Assembly: GCA_030704615.1 (NCBI GenBank)
Contig: CM060733.1
Coordinates: forward strand, 67,146,001 to 67,210,000
Reading direction: 5' to 3'
From: Takakia lepidozioides
Lineage: Eukaryota; Plantae; Bryophyta
DNA length: 64,000 bases
A model generated the notes under the pieces. That model was not told the DNA's origin. It saw nothing but the letters and a program-made list of their open reading frames with translations, and did not search any database. Below, in pieces: positions 62,224 through 64,000 of the stretch. Every line of letters starts with the position of its first letter. The first letter of the stretch is position 1. Made by a program: the position numbers and the translations under genes.

Positions 62224-64000
62224 CCCACATACGCATTCTCGTGACATAATCAGATCTTGCATGAATTTGAAATCACGGAAAACAACAGAAGGCTGGTAGA
62301 ATTCAGTACTGCATTGTTTATGATAGGTCCATCCAAAGACAATCTCATCAACAAGGAGAGCAAGGTCATGTTGGCCATGAGCCACCCAAACTCTCTTAAT
62401 CATGTTTTTAGGGCTTATCCATTCCATACCTCGGTTGGGGTATAACATATGTATGAATCCCAAGGGGTAGGCTTCGTCGCATGAGTGATGAATTTCTTGC
62501 CATGGGCGTGGGTTTCAATCAGTTTGCAACCGTCCTCCAGTATGTTTAGAGTCGGAGAATCCTCCAGAACTTTAGAATCCAGCCCTTGCATAGTGGCAAA
62601 TGAAGTCACTTGGTGTGACTTATGGCAACCAGTATTGCTGGAATTGGTGGAGGTCAGGGACTGATACACCAAGAAAGCTTGATCTTCATCCATCCCAAAC
62701 AAGAAGTTATATGTTGGACCACTGCCAGTCCATAAGAATCCTTGTTAGTAGCTCAACTTGGCAATGAAATGACCAGAAAGGAAGACGGTAGATAGTGTGT
62801 ACAAACACCACTAAGTACACTGGAAAAGGAAGAGTGGGAAGATATTCATGTCATGTCAAGACATGGACAAGACCCACTAGGGTCAAACAGCCCATGACAG
62901 GGCACCATCTAACGCTTCCAATCTTGTCATAGCACACCAAGTGACAACACCCAATCAATCATGATAATACAGGGTGGGAGGGCGGGGTTTATTCATGTTC
63001 AGATTCCTGACATGTACCCAAGTAACCCTCTTGCACAATATAGGTTAAATTGCAGCCTCAGATTATATCATCCGTAATTATCCCAAGATATGCATCGTGC
63101 AAGATATCATGGGCATGTAAGAACATCTTGCCACATTACAGATCCAAGATATGTATACACAAGCATCTTGATGGACCAGCCTGTAGTTTTATCAGATTCC
63201 AAGCATGCAACCAATTTAATCCTCTTGGGCATGACAAAACATAATGCAGCCTCATTCTTTACCATTTGTAAGTAACCCAAGACATGCATCATGCAAGGCT
63301 CCTTGGGTAGGTAAGAACAGTCTGCCCTACTACCGATTCAGGATATGTTCATACAAGCACCTTGATGGACCAGCTTGCAATCTATCAGATTTCAAGCATA
63401 CAACCAAGTAATCTTCTTGGGCATGACAAAACATATTGCAGCTTCACTCTTTGCCATTTGCAAGGACCCCAAGACATGCATCATGCAAGGCCCCTTGGGT
63501 AGGTAAGAACAGCCTTCCATACTATAGATTCAAGACATGTATACACAAGCATCTTGATGGACCAGCCTGCAGTTTATTAGATTCCAAACATGCAACCAAG
63601 TAACCCTCTTGGGCATGACAAGACAGACTGCAACTTCATTCTATACCATGTATAATTGCCCCAAGACATGCATCATGTAAGGCATCTTGGCATGGAAGAA
63701 AGGCCTGCCATATTACAGATTCAAGATATGGACACACAAACACTTTGAGAGCCCGAGACCAAGCCCACTTGGCTAAAAAATAAATCATACATTGCAGGTG
63801 CCTGGTCTGATGGCAAAATAAGGCTGATAATCTCTGGCAAACGTCCAGTAGAGCTTACCAACACTCTTTTCCAGGAGGCTTATGCCAGGCTTTGCAAATA
63901 AACCTCGCTATGCTCCATTCCACACCAGATCTAGGCCTGAAAGAGGCCTGTCATTGCCTTATCAGGCTGCCATCTTTAAAAAAATAGGGCCTCTTCTTCC
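62224..64000. repeat. Second copy of the Penelope-like relic (62224-62990) followed by ~192-bp repeat C array (63010-63735) and flank
   Basis: Near-identical to 56250-57553 and to 22683-23211. Confidence 0.88.

Overview
Plant nuclear DNA, most likely a non-seed land plant (PLS-class PPR relics, GT-AG introns). There is one intact host gene, an 8-exon OSCA3.1/ERD4-type mechanosensitive channel (2665-7387, 743 aa), preceded by a fused actin/PPR pseudogene. The remaining ~56 kb is a nested transposon island dominated by several rearranged copies of a large Mutator-like DNA transposon family with asymmetric 21-bp termini (GGGGGCTGCTATTTCATGAGC / GAGGTT..ATTTCATGAGC) and 8-9 bp target duplications. 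The family carries (i) a GCM/WRKY-finger plus SWIM transposase, (ii) an intron-containing gene fusing a ParB/Srx-like domain (DGNHR) to a beta-class amino (N6A/N4C-type) DNA methyltransferase fold, (iii) two divergently oriented paralogous genes of unknown function, and (iv) dense arrays of a 22-40 bp palindrome (core GGAAATGCGGYRCCGCATTTCC) reminiscent of parS or operator sites. The island also contains a 5-kb Pack-CACTA with a PPR fragment, Ty3/Gypsy and CACTA relics, a Penelope-like relic, an LTR with an extra coiled-coil ORF, and several tandem repeats. All TE genes in the window are disrupted. Domain calls are by-eye motif recognition, not database hits.
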